This document shows, piece after piece, positions 50,907 to 63,274 of a DNA stretch of 64,000 bases (position 1 is the first letter of the stretch; each line of letters opens with the position of its first letter). The position numbers and the translations under genes are program-made. This DNA comes from Antechinus flavipes (taxonomy: Eukaryota). The notes under the pieces were generated by a model, which saw only the letters and a list, made by a program, of their open reading frames with translations, searched no databases and was not told the DNA's origin. The stretch spans positions 256,184,001 through 256,248,000 of the forward strand of contig NC_067403.1 of the NCBI RefSeq assembly GCF_016432865.1. The letters are read 5' to 3'.

Positions 50907-50937
<31 letters not shown>
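50775..50937 (+). mobile_element. WSINE1/MAR1-type tRNA-derived marsupial SINE with poly(A) tail
   Basis: GGGGCAGCTAGGGGGCGCAGTGGATAGAGCACC...GAGTTCAAAT (A and B boxes), CORE segment TGTGTGACCCTGGGCAAGTC, and a poly(A) of about 27 nt. Confidence 0.9.
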
Positions 50938-51489
50938 GGAAGAGAGAGAGAAAAGGGAATGGGTCCCAGCAAAAGAAGGGCAAGGGGGAAAAGGAGAAAA
51001 AGCACGAACAATTCAAAAGGTTTTGCCCAAATAAAAGCAGGACAGTTCAAATTAGAAGGAAAAGGGAACCGGACAAGAACATTTTCTTGGATAAAGATGG
51101 GATTGAATGTAAGGAACTGATTCCGATTTAGGAGAAGAGACATTCAACAGTTGATAAAAGATCACATGACAGAGCCGGCTGTTTTCTTTTTTAATTTCTT
51201 TAAAATTTGTTTTTAGAAGGATTTATTATCTCGGCCCCCCAACCCCCAACCCCCAGACCATTTTCTTTTCTTTTTACAAAAGCCCTTCCTCATAAATGGC
51301 AGAGGACGGTGAGGGAGAGGAGGGAGTGAGGGGCAGAAGGAAGGAGCCACAGCTTGGGGGGGGGAGGGGGAGTGAGGGGCAGAAGGAAGGAGCTACAGCC
51401 TTGGACTTGGGGGGGGGGCAGACTGTGCAGTTTGTTTTTTCAGCCGGGGAAGGGAAGTATGAGGCAAAGAAGAGAAATGTTTGGGGATT

Positions 51490-51990
51490 GTTTTTAAAAA
51501 AGGAAAGAAAGAAAAGGGAGAGGGAAGGAAGGAGGGAGGGAGGGAGGAGGGACAGAGAAAGGGAGAAAGAAGGAAATAAAGAGATACAGAGATAGACANN
51601 NNNNNNNNNNNNNNNNNNNNNNNNNNNNNNNNNNNNNNNNNNNNNNNNNNNNNNNNNNNNNNNNNNNNNNNNNNNNNNNNNNNNNNNNNNNNNNNNNNNN
51701 NNNNNNNNNNNNNNNNNNNNNNNNNNNNNNNNNNNNNNNNNNNNNNNNNNNNNNGGAGAGACAGGAAGGAGGAGAGAAAGGTAGAANNNNNNNNNNNNNN
51801 NNNNNNNNNNNNNNNNNNNNNNNNNNNNNNNNNNNNNNNNNNNNNNNNNNNNNNNNNNNNNNNNNNNNNNNNNNNNNNNNNNNNNNNNNNNNNNNNNNNN
51901 NNNNNNNNNNNNNNNNNNNNNNNNNGGGGAGAGAGGAAGAGAGAGACAGGGAGGGAAAGAGAAAGGAAGGGGGGGGGGGGGAGGGAGAGA
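51490..51990. repeat. GA-rich simple repeat containing two N gaps (51599-51754, 51787-51925)
   Basis: GGAA/GAGA/GGGA runs flank the N runs. Confidence 0.85.
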
Positions 51991-53310
51991 ACCTGTTGCT
52001 CATTCCCCTAAGGACCAAAGAGGGAAGCGCAGCCACAGTGAGGGGGGTGGGAGTGGGGGGGGGGGGGCGAGGGGCCGCGAGCCCAGGAGAGGAGATCCAG
52101 GGCCTGAGGCCCGATTTCCGGCTGTCTGCTCAGACTTGAGGCTCCCGGGGCCGCCGCCGCCGCTCCTGGTTTTCTCAGCCCAAAGCTTCAGGTCCCGCTC
52201 CGTCCCCTCGTTCCCCGCGCCCTCCCCCTCCTTTCCCCCTCCCCCGGCTCCGGGCCCGCGGGTCTCCGCTCCTTTCAGGCGGGGATTCGCTCTTTCCCTC
52301 CCGAAGCGGCAGCTGGAGGATTTGGGCTCCGGGGGGCCCCGGCCCGCTCCCTCCACCGGCCCCTTCCCACCCAAGCCGGCGCCTGGGGGTCGCGGAGCCC
52401 GCTCGGGGCCGGAGGAAGTTCACGTTCTTAAGGGGCCGTGAGCAGCATTTAGGGTTACAAGTGGGAGGGGAAGCGCACTGATGTGTGTGATCCTGGTCTG
52501 GTGCTTTGACCTTTCTAAACCTGGCTCCCAGTCTGTAAAAGAAAAGCTCACCCGCTCTAGGTGCCCCGGGGATGGAAGAGACCTCAGGGACCCAGGAGTC
52601 CGGGGAATCCCCGAAGGCTCACTCAGTCCGAGCCCACCGGGAAGGCATTTACCGGGGACCCCCCCCCCCCAACGGTCGGGCCCCTCCGCCCCCACTCCCC
52701 TCAGCCCAGCAGCCCTCGCTGCTTCTGCTGGGAGGGCCCGAGCCTCGGGCTTGGGATCCTGCTTGGCGGCTCCGTTTCCTCATCCGCAGAACGGGGATAA
52801 CCCCCCCCCAAGGGCGCAGTGAGGCTCCGGGGCGCCGCATTTCGCAAACCCCGGGCCCTGGGCCGCTGCGGACGGCCATCATCCCTCGGCCGGGGTCCCC
52901 TGACCCCGATATACCAGAAATTTGCCCAGAGGCCCGGAGCCCAGATGGGGCAGCCCGTGTGAGTGTCTGGGCGCCGGCCCCCCGTGCGGGAGGTGAGAGC
53001 AGGAGGCGGCCGAGAGCCCCGACGTCTCCCCGCCCCCAAAGAGATGCCCCCTGCAGGTGCCCCAGATCCCACAGCGAGTCCCCGGCCTTCTGGGCAGGCG
53101 CCATCTTACTCCCAATATGCAAATGCTAACGAGCACTTTCCAAACAAATAGCTGTCGGCTTCCCGGCGCGGGTGGTGCAGACCGACAAACCGAGGCTTCC
53201 CGGGGTCACCGGCGGCACTAAGTCGCAGAGGGAGGGCCAAGTCTGCCGCTTTCTCCGCTGCGCTCTGGCCTCTCCTGCCTCAGTTTCCCCATCTGGAAGA
53301 TGGGGAGGCC

Positions 53311-53465
53311 GGGTCCCTGCGGGCTCGGGGTCTTTGCACCCGAGTCCCTGGGGGCTCTGGATCCCATCCCTGCGGGCTCGGGGTCTCTGGGTTGGGATCC
53401 CTACATCTGGGTCCCTAGGGGTTCGGGGGTCCCCGCAGGCTCGGGGTCTAGGAGTCCCTGCCCCG
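53311..53465. repeat. Short degenerate tandem repeat (CCCTGCGGGCTCGGGGTCT-like)
   Basis: Three near-identical cores plus degenerate copies upstream of OVOL1. Confidence 0.55.
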
Positions 53466-53899
53466 GAGCCGTCTCGGGGCCTGACCAGCCCCTTCCCCCA
53501 GCTCTGCTCCTTTCACGAGAGGCCCGAGTCGCACAAATGTCTTAAGACAAAGGTCAAAGATGGTTCCCTTCCGGGCGGGGAGATGGGCACCGGAAAGCAG
53601 GGGCTCCCTCTTAACGGAAGGACCCCGAAGGGTCAGAGCTGGCCACAGTGGCCAAAGCCCCGGCTCGGGGTCCGTGGCTTTGTCTGAGTTTGGGGGCAGG
53701 CAGGCCGCAAAGGAAATGAACGAGAACTCGGGGTGCACAAACCGAGCGCCCCTCAGACATATCCCGTCCCCGACGGGGCCCCCGGGGAGTCTCCGCCGCC
53801 TCCGAGCGCTGTGAGCCCCGCCGAGGGAAGGCGCCAGCGAGGGGCTCGCATTAACGAGGGCGGGCTGCACCCCGGCGTCTGGGCCCGGGAGGGGCGGGG

Positions 53900-54531
53900 C
53901 GTGCAGCCTCAGCCCCTTCCCCGGGTCCTGGCCCCGACGTGCCATCCCAGACCGCTGCTCCCCGGCCGCCCCGGGCTCGGTCCTTCCGAAAGCCGCGTTG
54001 GGCGGCGCGGCAGTCCCCCCCCTCCTCCCACCCCCGGCCGCCCCGCAGTGACCCGCCCCGCCCCCCGTCGCGCCGGGAGAACCGGTTCCGCAGGTAACAC
54101 CACTAGGTGACTTGTCACCGTTATTTCTGCACGCATGCGCCGTCCTCGCCCCACGCCCGGCCGGGCTAATTAGATGAGAGCGCCCCGGCCCCTCCCTGCC
54201 CTCCCCCTGCCCTTCCCACCCCAAGCGCACACGCACACCCACCCCGAACGCTGCACAAGCCCATAAAGTGGGAACCCGTCGGGCCGGCCGAGCCAGAGCG
54301 CGCCCTAAGACTCCCCGGGCGCCGGCGCCGGCCCCATCAGAGCCCAGGGAGCCGCTCAGCCGCCGCCACCGCTCCTCTGCTCTTGACCTCCCGGCGGACC
54401 GCGCGGCACGGCCGGGACACAGGCGCGGCGTCGGGCTGCTGCCACCGCTTCTCGCACGTAGCTGAGGCGCCCCCGCCCGCCCCCGAGTCCCTTCTGCGCG
54501 GCCCCGGCGCGGGCCCCGGACCGCAGCCACC
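53900..54531 (+). promoter_or_regulatory. OVOL1 CpG-island promoter
   Basis: AACCGGTT 54080-54087, CAGGTA 54091-54096, CCGTTA 54118-54123, an NRF1-like GCATGCGC, and a TATA-like CATAAAG near 54262. Confidence 0.75.
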
Positions 54532-57500
54532 ATGCCCCGGGCTTTCCTCGTCAAGAAGCCGTGCATCTCCACCGGCAAGCGCAACTGGAGCGAGCTCCCG
54601 GACGAGGAGCGCGGCGAGATCTACGTGCCCGGTGAGTGTCGGGCCGCCCCGTCGGAGGACCCTCGGCGCCGCCGACCCCTCCCCCCCGCAACCCGGCTGG
54701 GAGGGAGCCGGGGACACTGGGAACCGCGCCGCCGGGACGGGACCCCCGCGGAGATAAGTCGGAGCGGGCTCGAGGCCCCTCTTCCCCCTCCCCACTAAAT
54801 GGCTTGAGGGCAAGGATTCGGGCTGATCTCTGTTGGACTCTGGGTTCGAGCCCGGGTCTGGCGATGCACCGGGCCTCCCTTCGCATCCCTCCGATGGCAG
54901 AAAGCCCCCCCCCTCCGTTCCCCTCCCCCTCCCCCCAGCCATTGGCAGAGCCCCGGAGCGGGTGAAGAGACCTGGACGCGGCAGGGCTGAGGGGGAGGGG
55001 AGGGCTGCTGCTTTATTTGGGGAAGGCGCCCCGGTGGCATCCCTTCCGAGGAAGCCGCGGCCTCTGTTGGATCCCCACGGTCCTGCTGCCTGTCTGGCCA
55101 CCGAGTCCTGTTCCTTGGGGCCATCTCCGCGTGGGGGGTGGGGTGCGAGTGCGAGTGGGGGAGGCCGGAAGGGCCCCTCTGGCGCGGGGGAGCTTGAGTG
55201 GAGCGGCTGCTGCCTGTGACCCTGGCTGTGCCCAGGATGGCGAGCGCCCGGCCGAGCGAGGAGCCCGAGGGGGCGGGGGCGCCGCAGGCTTGGCCCGGGC
55301 TGCCCCGGTGCCCTCGGGGCGTTGGGGGCTGCGGATGGACGGCCGGAGGGGAGGCCGGAGGGGGCTTGGCGTGGCTGGGCAGCGGCCGCGGGCATCCGGG
55401 TTACTCTGAATCTTCCTCTGGCGGCTGAGGGGGGGCCGGGGGCCCGGGGAGGGCCGGCCCCTTGCCAGGTGACTGGTTTTCCCGGCCTCAGAAGGGCAGC
55501 TCGAAAGCTCCTGGCTTGGACTTCCTGCTCAGCTGCCGCCGGGGATCTGATAAAGCGCCTTGGACTGTGCCAAAGGTGAGCACGGCGTGCCCCGGACTGT
55601 TATTCTGCTTTGATTCTGGGGCCCAGAATCCCGCGGGTCATGTGGCCGCCGCCGAGGGGCGAAGACATTCCTCTGGAGCAGGAGCGGCCCGGGGCGGCCT
55701 CCCGGGGGGAGCTGGGGCTGGCTCTTCTCCGTGGGCGGCAATCTGGTCAGGGAGAGACGGTGGTCAGAGCCTCCCTCGGGAGCTGTGGGACCCTGGGCAA
55801 GTCACCCAACCGTTTGCCTCATTCCCTGCTTTGTAAAGGGCCGGGATAAGAAATGGCCACCCCCTCCCCCTCTGCTCAGAAACCCCAGTGGGTCCTGGAG
55901 GCTCCACCATCAGTTACCCCGACAGCCATGATGGGGATCAATGGGATAACTGCGAAGGGCACACAAGGGGCCCTTAGCTCAGCAAACTGCCTCCCTCCTT
56001 CCTTCCTTNNNNNNNNNNNNNNNNNNNNNNNNNNNNNNNNNNNNNNNNNNNNNNNNNNNNNNNNNNNNNNNNNNNNNNNNNNNNNNNNNNNNNNNNNNNN
56101 NNNNNNNNNNNNNNNNNNNNNNNNNNNNNNNNNNNNNNNNNNNNNNNNNNNNNNNNNNNNNNNNNNNNNNNNNNNNNNNNNNNNNNNNNNNNNNNNNNNN
56201 NNNNNNNNNNNNNNNNNNNNNNNNNNNNNNNNNNNNNNNNNNNNNNNNNNNNNNNNNNNNNNNNNNNNNNNNNNNNNNNNNNNNNNNNNNNNNNNNNNNN
56301 NNNNNNNNNNNNNNNNNNNNNNNNNNNNNNNNNNNNNNNNNNNNNNNNNNNNNNNNNNNNNNNNNNNNNNNNNNNNNNNNNNNNNNNNNNNNNNNNNNNN
56401 NNNNNNNNNNNNNNNNNNNNNNNNNNNNNNNNNNNNNNNNNNNNNNNNNNNNNNNNNNNNNNNNNNNNNNNNNNNNNNNNNNNNNNNNNNNNNNNNNNNN
56501 NNNNNNNNNNNNNNNNNNNNNNNNNNNNNNNNNNNNNNNNNNNNNNNNNNNNNNNNNNNNNNNNNNNNNNNNNNNNNNNNNNNNNNNNNNNNNNNNNNNN
56601 NNNNNNNNNNNNNNNNNNNNNNNNNNCCCTCTGTCCCTCCTTTCTTCTTTCCTTCCCCCTCCCTTCCTCCCTCCTTCTTCCCTCTCTCCCTCCCTCCTTC
56701 CCCTTTAGCTGGGAGTGGAGGTGGGTGGGGGAAGGAAGCCCCCCTGGCGGGTCTCCGGGAGCCCGGCCTCCATGCCCGGGTGCCTCTCGAGGCACAGCCA
56801 GCCGTGACCCCGGCAGCTGGCTGGGCACGTCTCTCCCAGCCCCCAGGGCCGGCTCACAGCCCATTGGGACCCTGCTGAGCAGTGACCCAGCGGGAGCTGG
56901 GGGGAGGGGGAGGGGCCCTGGAGCTAGGGAATGTTGGGAACCTTCCAGCTCCAACTGTTCAACCTGGTCCCTGTGGGGCTCTCAGAGCATCCCACCCATT
57001 GTGTGGGTGGGGGAGCCTGTGGGACCCGGCCCTGCGAGCGCCCGAGCCCTCCCTCCCCGCGGCTTGCCCCGAACTTCTGGCACACCTGAAGGCTTTCCCC
57101 TGGGCCTCCCGGCCTCCCCGGGCCAAGGCAGAACCCAGGCATGCGAGCTGCAGCGGGCTGGGCAGGCGAAGAGAGGAGAGCGCCCAGAAGAGGTAGCCTC
57201 CCCGAGGGGGTCCCGGGCCCTGTGCTCCTGCCCAGCGCTTCCCAGCTTGCCTTTCTCTGTGACGCCGGGAGTGGGCGTGCGCTAAGTTGGGCTTCTCCAA
57301 GGCTGCCCCTTCGTCGGGGCTCGATCCCCTCCCTGGCCCCTCTGGGGAATGGAATCCAAGCCGGGCCGAGGAGCGCCTGAGGCCTCCTGGGGCCCAGAGT
57401 CCGAGTGGCCCCCGAGGGCCGTCTGAGCCTGCCAGGGCCCAGAGGAAACAGGCCTGGGCGAGGAGGGGGCCGCTAGGCCGGGGCTGAAGGACCTCCCAGG

Positions 57501-60500
57501 GCCTTCCGCCGCTCCCCTCGGCCTCCCCCCACCCCCACGTGCCCACTTTACAGAAGGGCCAGTGGAGGCCGGCGGAGCCCGAGCCGAGAGTCGGACCGGA
57601 GGCCCGGGGTTACCAGGACAGGGCAGGCGATGGGGGAGCCTGGAGGAGGCGGGGAGGAAGGGCGGCCTGCTTATCTCGGTGACTAAGATCTGAGTGCAGC
57701 AGAAGCCTGCATCATCCCAGCGCCAGCCGGGCTTGTTTCTCTGGTGGCTGCCAGGGTAAATAGAGGAACGGGGGTGGGGGATGGGGGGGAGACTGCTCTT
57801 GGCTGGGGAGAAGACAGACCAGCTTGTGGAGGGGAGCTCCGCTCATCCCCGGCCCGGGCCAAACCTGCGTCTGGGCTTGGGTATGTAGTTTTCCATAAGC
57901 ACTTATTGAGCACCAGCTGTATGTACGGCCGACCCTGCTGGGTGCCGCGAGGGGTTCAGAAGGGCTGGCTTCCTGGCCCTCAGGACGCTGCCCACACTGG
58001 TGCTGCCCACCACTTGTTGGAAGGGAGGCTTGTTGCCAGAGAGGGAAGGCTGATCTCAGAACCGAGTGATTGCCAACGTGGGCGCTCACTGCCCCCTCTG
58101 CCAGTTTGTGGCTTGGGAGGACGCAGTGACCCCCAGGCCAGGCTGGAGGTGCCAGGGCTCCTCGGCCCCCGAGATCACGGCTCCCCCCGCTGGGCCACAT
58201 TAAGTACTGGTCTGGTCTGGGGGCTCCTTTTGCGGATGGCAAGACTGAGGCCCCGGGGAGGATGCTTCTGGGTAAGGACCAGAGCTGGATGGGCCGGGCC
58301 GGGCCCCCGAGGGGAGGAGCCCGAGGGAGCAGCCAGGAGCTTGCAACATTGCAGGGCTGTGGGCAGGTGATGAGCGGCCTCCGCCCCACCGGAAACACTC
58401 AATTAGGGGCCGGCAGGGAACCAACCTGTTCTGTTTCCTGCCCCGGGCTCCGGCCACCCCGTGACACGCACCTGCCATGCTAATGGGGGCAGGGAGGGGG
58501 GACCGGTCCGGCCGGGGGGAGGCGGGGTGGGATGAGGCAAACTGGGTCCCACCCAGGCTGGTTTCACCCAGCCCCTCGCTCGTATGAGAGGAAGCCGGGA
58601 ACGGCAGGTGGGCACGGCCCCGCTCCCGTCTACCCGAGTCAGAAGCTCCCCCATCTTCCCTCGGAGCAAGGTCACCCCGAGCCCCGCGCTCGAGCACTGG
58701 GCAAATGAAATGCCCGCCGGCCGAGCCGGGGGACCCGGGCTTCCTCCTGGGGACAAAGTCCTTTTCCAAGCTCCAGTGCGAGCCCTGGGGGTCCTCCTCC
58801 CAGCCGGGGGGGCCGCCTCTGCCCCGAGCCAGGCATCCACCCCTCTGCTTGCAACCCCCAGGTAGGCCGTGCTCCCGTGGCGACGGGCGCTGACAGAGAG
58901 CCAGGGCCCAGGGCTGCCTGTCCTCCCGTTCCAGCCGAGTGGGGCTGAGGGCACACGGTGGCGATGGCTTCTGTGTACCCTGTACCTGAGCCATCGGTGC
59001 GGGGGAGGGGAGGGAGGCCGGCCGGGGACCCTCGCTCTTCCGCCTGTCCCAGAGCCCGGCTGGGGATGGCTGGGCCACGCCGGGCTCTGCCCTCCCGCTT
59101 TCCTGACCCGCTGCCCCTGCTTTCTCTCTGTCTCGGCTTTGAGCCCTGGAAGTCTTCCTGGTGGAGGACTCCGCGTCCAGAGCCAAGCATTCGCTTGTAA
59201 AACCAGAACTGACACCCCAGTACTTGTCCCCGAGTGAAAACCTTGGCCTGGAAATGTCGTTGGGAACTGTTTGGCCCCCGCTACTCAAGGGCCCGAGGGA
59301 GGCCGGCCTGCCCACCTGCCCGCCACAGGGAGGGGAGGGCGTGGCGGCATCTCGGGGCTGCCAGGTATCGGTGCTGCCGCCACCTCCACCGCCCGAGGGG
59401 AGCCCGGCCCTCTCTGCCACACTAAGCGGTCCCTGGCGCGGGGGTGGGTTGTGTAAGAACCGGGCAGGCAGCCCAGGAGACTGTTACAGAGAATCCACCT
59501 GCTGCCGCCCGGGGCCTCCTCCCTGCTCCACCCCGTGGCCTGTTTGCCAGCCTGCCTGGGCCGGAGCCACCCGCCCCCTCCCGGGAATTCAGGGAGTGGG
59601 TGGCAGTGGGCCAGCCTGGCTGGAACATGGGGGGGCTTTAGGGAGGGGGGACCCCTCGCAGGAGGCAAAGCCAAGGAGAGGGGCCGACGGGCGCCCGGGG
59701 CGGGGAGGACGGGAGGGGACGGCCGGGCATCCCGGGCCACCGGGGAGATGCTCCGCCGCTCCTGGCTGCCCCGAGTTCTCCGGGGCCTTCTCCGTGGCAG
59801 GGCGTGGGGCACACACCAGGAATCCAGAGGGACCAGCCCAGGTGGGGCACACGGGCAGTCTGCCGCGGCGGCTAATTGGCAGAGGAGGCGGAACCTCCTA
59901 GTTCCGCTAAGACACAAATTACTCAGCGGGCATGTCTCGGAGCCGGGATGCTTGCTTGGCTGGCGTCGCCTACAATTATCCTAATGGGGCAGCCTAGGTG
60001 GGAGGGGGCGAGCCGGGCTGCCCCACTCAAGGCAGGCTCGGCCCCCGTGACCCCGGCCCTAACCCGCTCGCTCTTTTGTCCACAGTCAGCCTCGGCTTCT
60101 GCCCGCCGCAGCCCTACCGCGACCTGGAGGCTTCGGTGGCCGAGCCTCCTTCCTGTCCGCTGGCCCTGGACATGAGCCTCCGGGAGCCCGGCTATGGTGC
60201 GGCCCCCGGACCCTGCGTGGTGGCCCAGCTGCCGGCAGAAGATCTGGGCCGCTTGCCTGACCCTCCGAGCCACGACCATGGCTTTCTGCGGCCCAAGATG
60301 AAGGTGAGGAGCCTGGCCCGGCATCGGGGAGCTCGGGGGCTGGCTGATGCCCAGCAAGGGGCTGTCCTTGGACTTGGGAGCCCAGGAAAAGTTTGGGCAG
60401 ATGAACAGTAATGGGGGCAGTCATGGGGTCTCATCAGACCCTCCCATCCAAAAGGGGGGGCTGCAGGCCCGAAGGGCGACGAGACTCGGGCGGGAGCAGC

Positions 60501-61717
60501 TGGATTTGGGCGCTGGCGTCCCCTAGCTGTCCATCCCTGGGGGACGGGGTGCCTGGGCTCACGAAGCTTTGGCCCGTCCAGCAGCTGACCAGGAGGAGAG
60601 CCTGGGCCCCCTCCCCCCCACAAAAAGAGGGGCTTCCCACCCTGCCAGTCTCTCCAACACGCCACAGTGTCGCGTGACATCTCCAAAGGATGATGGGATT
60701 GAATGTTTGTGTCTAATCCCACCTGACGGGGGGGGGCTGAGGCCCGAAGGAGTCGCGGGCGGGGAGGGGACCGGGGGCAGCTGAGGCTCCTTTTAAGGAG
60801 GGCTGCTCTTTGGGGGCTTCCCATGGCTGACCAGGGAGCAGGTCCCTCCAGGGGAGCCAGAGGAGGTCCCGGCGGAGGGGATGACAGGCTGGGGGGCGCC
60901 TGCCCACTCCAGACCCGCTGCATGCTCGCTCTGGCTCCTGCCCCCGCCTCTGTGCCAGCCGCCACAGAGGCCGAGGGGTCGGCGGAGCGAGCTCCGGAGC
61001 GCGCCGGGGCGGGGAGACGGGCGCTGGGCCTGGGCCCCGTCTGAAGCCGCTCATGCCCCCGTCCCTGCGCAGGTGACCGTGGGAGACGGGCCCAGCGGCG
61101 AGCTCTTCACCTGCCACATCTGCCACAAGGCCTTCACCTACCAGCGCATGCTGAACCGGCACATGAAGTGCCACAACGACGTCAAGCGGCACCTGTGCAC
61201 CTACTGCGGGAAGGGCTTCAACGACACCTTCGACCTCAAGAGACACGTGCGCACGCACACCGGTCAGTGGCCGGGGGGGCCGGGGGGAGGGGCCGGGGGG
61301 GCCGGGGCCCAGGCCTGCGATCCAGAGGTTGGCTCTGGGAAGGACCGGGGGGCAGGCGGGGGCCCCGACGGCCGGGGGTGCTCTCCGGGAGAGGCCCCTG
61401 ACCCGCTCCTCCCTCCCCCAGGCGTGCGGCCCTACAAGTGCAGCCTGTGCGACAAGGCCTTCACCCAGCGCTGCTCCCTCGAGTCCCACCTCAAGAAGAT
61501 CCACGGCGTGCAGCAGAAGTACGCCTACAAGGAGCGGCGCGCCAAGCTCTACGTGTGCGAGGAGTGCGGCTGCACCTCCGACAGCCAGGAGGGCCACGTG
61601 CTGCACCTCAGGGAGCACCACCCGGACAGCCCGCTGCTGCGCAAGAGCTCCAAGAAGGTGGCGGGCACCCTGCAGGGCCCGGTCACCGCCCTGCTGCAGA
61701 ACCACCACCACCTCTAA
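54532..61717 (+). CDS. OVOL1: Ovo-like zinc finger 1; 4 coding exons, 267 aa
   Basis: Exons: 54532-54631, 60086-60303, 61073-61262, 61422-61717 (804 nt, GT-AG). SNAG-like N-terminus MPRAFLVKK and four C2H2 fingers (FTCHICHKAF...RHVRTHTGVRPYKC). Exon sizes match the recalled OVOL1 structure. Confidence 0.97.
56009..56627. other. Assembly gap (N run) flanked by CCTT/CCCT simple repeat in OVOL1 intron 1
   Basis: 619 N bases between pyrimidine-rich repeats. Confidence 0.95.
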
Positions 61718-63268
61718 AGCCAGGTAGGCGGCCCTCCGCCCGGCTGGAGGGGGGCCCGGGCCCGGCGCCCCTGAGCCCGGCAGAAGGCAGAGCCCGCCTG
61801 TGCCCCCGGCCGTCCCCGCCTTCTCCCGACGAGGCTCCCGCCTTCGCCTTTGGCCCCCCGACGCGGGACTCGAGGACGGTGGGTGAGCCGCGGGGCCGGG
61901 GGCTCGGGCGAGTGGCCGCCGGCTACCAGAGACTTGGCGTTTGAAGAAAAGACGCTCGATGCAGGAAGTTGGCGGCGGGAGGCGGCTCCCACAGGACGCA
62001 GGGCTTGTCCCACAGGGGTGCGGAGACGGCCGCGCGCCCGCGGGCCTCCCAAGGCGTGCGCTCGTTTGCAAAGCCGACAAATGTACAGATAGTAATATAT
62101 TTTTGGTGCTAATGGAGATCTTTTTCAAAGATGGAAAGAGCTAGCTCTTGCCCATCCCTACCTCCTCTGTGGCTCATCACTGTGGGCCGCTGTTCGGCCG
62201 CCCTGTCCGGCCCCCACCCCTTCCCGGGGACCGTCTCCCGTCGCTTTCCCAGCATCGCCTGGACAAGGCAGGAGCCTCGTGGCCTCTGCCGCCCCCCCTT
62301 GTGCCCCCCGACAGCTCCTCACCCCCCCATAAATAAGCAACAAGTCGGGCACTCACCACTCCGTAGCTTCTCCTGCCTCAGGCCGGGGGTGGGTGAGCTG
62401 CGATGTTCGGGCCTTCGTCACCCACCTGAAAGCGAGAGCGCAGATGGGGCTCAACGGAGCGAAAGGTTCATCTGCTCCGGACGCTGAAGCTCTGGGGGCT
62501 GGGGCGCGGGGCGGGCAGGGCCCTTGGTTTCTGGGAAGGCCCCACTCCCTCCGGGACAGAGAGGAAGGCCCAGGGCCCATCAGGCCAGAAGGAGCACTCC
62601 CCTCGCTGAAGCCGGGGCTCCTCCCTCCCCAAGTCTCAGTTTACAGATGGAGATGCGCTCGCTCAGTTCTCAACTGTTTCTACTGTTTAAGTTAGAAAGG
62701 ATATTCATTTGCCTTCTCCACCAATAAAGGGGGGTGGGCGCTGCCAGTTGGCGTGCCCCATCGCCAGAATCGTACTTGAGAGTGGGGATTTTTCTGAGGG
62801 TTTTCTTCCTTTGTGCCCGGGGCGGGGGCCGGGGGGAGCTGTTGCCGAGACTAATCCCCCAGAATTCGGACCTTGCTGTGAGGGCCGCTCAATGGCCAGG
62901 CTCAAGCTGAGCAGACGCCCGGCCAGTCCCCGGGCACCCGTCGTCAGTCTGCAGTCCGTGTCAGCCGGGAGTTCACGAGGGACAGAGGCTTCCTCCATCT
63001 CCTGGACAGTAACTGGGCAGTGGGCGAAGGCCCGAGAGCCCGAGCTGGGACGGGCGCCCGAGGCCCTTTGTCCATCTTCCTCGCGGTTGCCTGTGCGTCC
63101 AGGTTACCTCCCCGGGAGCTTGTTCGGATGCCCCTGTTGGGAATGGGGCTGGGGTCCCAGCAGCAGCCTCGGTTTGTTTACATGTTTTCGTCACTACGCG
63201 CTGGCTCTGCGTGCCAGTCACAAGGTTCTGTATTTCTGTTTGATTTTGTAACTGTTTTTCTGTTCGTT

Positions 63269-63274
63269 ATTAAA
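63269..63274 (+). terminator. Candidate distal OVOL1 polyadenylation signal ATTAAA (proximal AATAAA at 62723-62728)
   Basis: ATTAAA ends a U-rich block (TTCTGTATTTCTGTTTGATTTTGTAACTGTTTTTC) about 1.55 kb after the stop. Confidence 0.55.

Noticed and set aside
55853-56954. ORFs spanning N runs (also 51494-52036)
   Set aside because: Artefacts of translating assembly gaps.
60713-62128. 471-aa minus-strand ORF
   Set aside because: Antisense shadow of GC-rich OVOL1 exons 3-4 and flanks; low-complexity translation.
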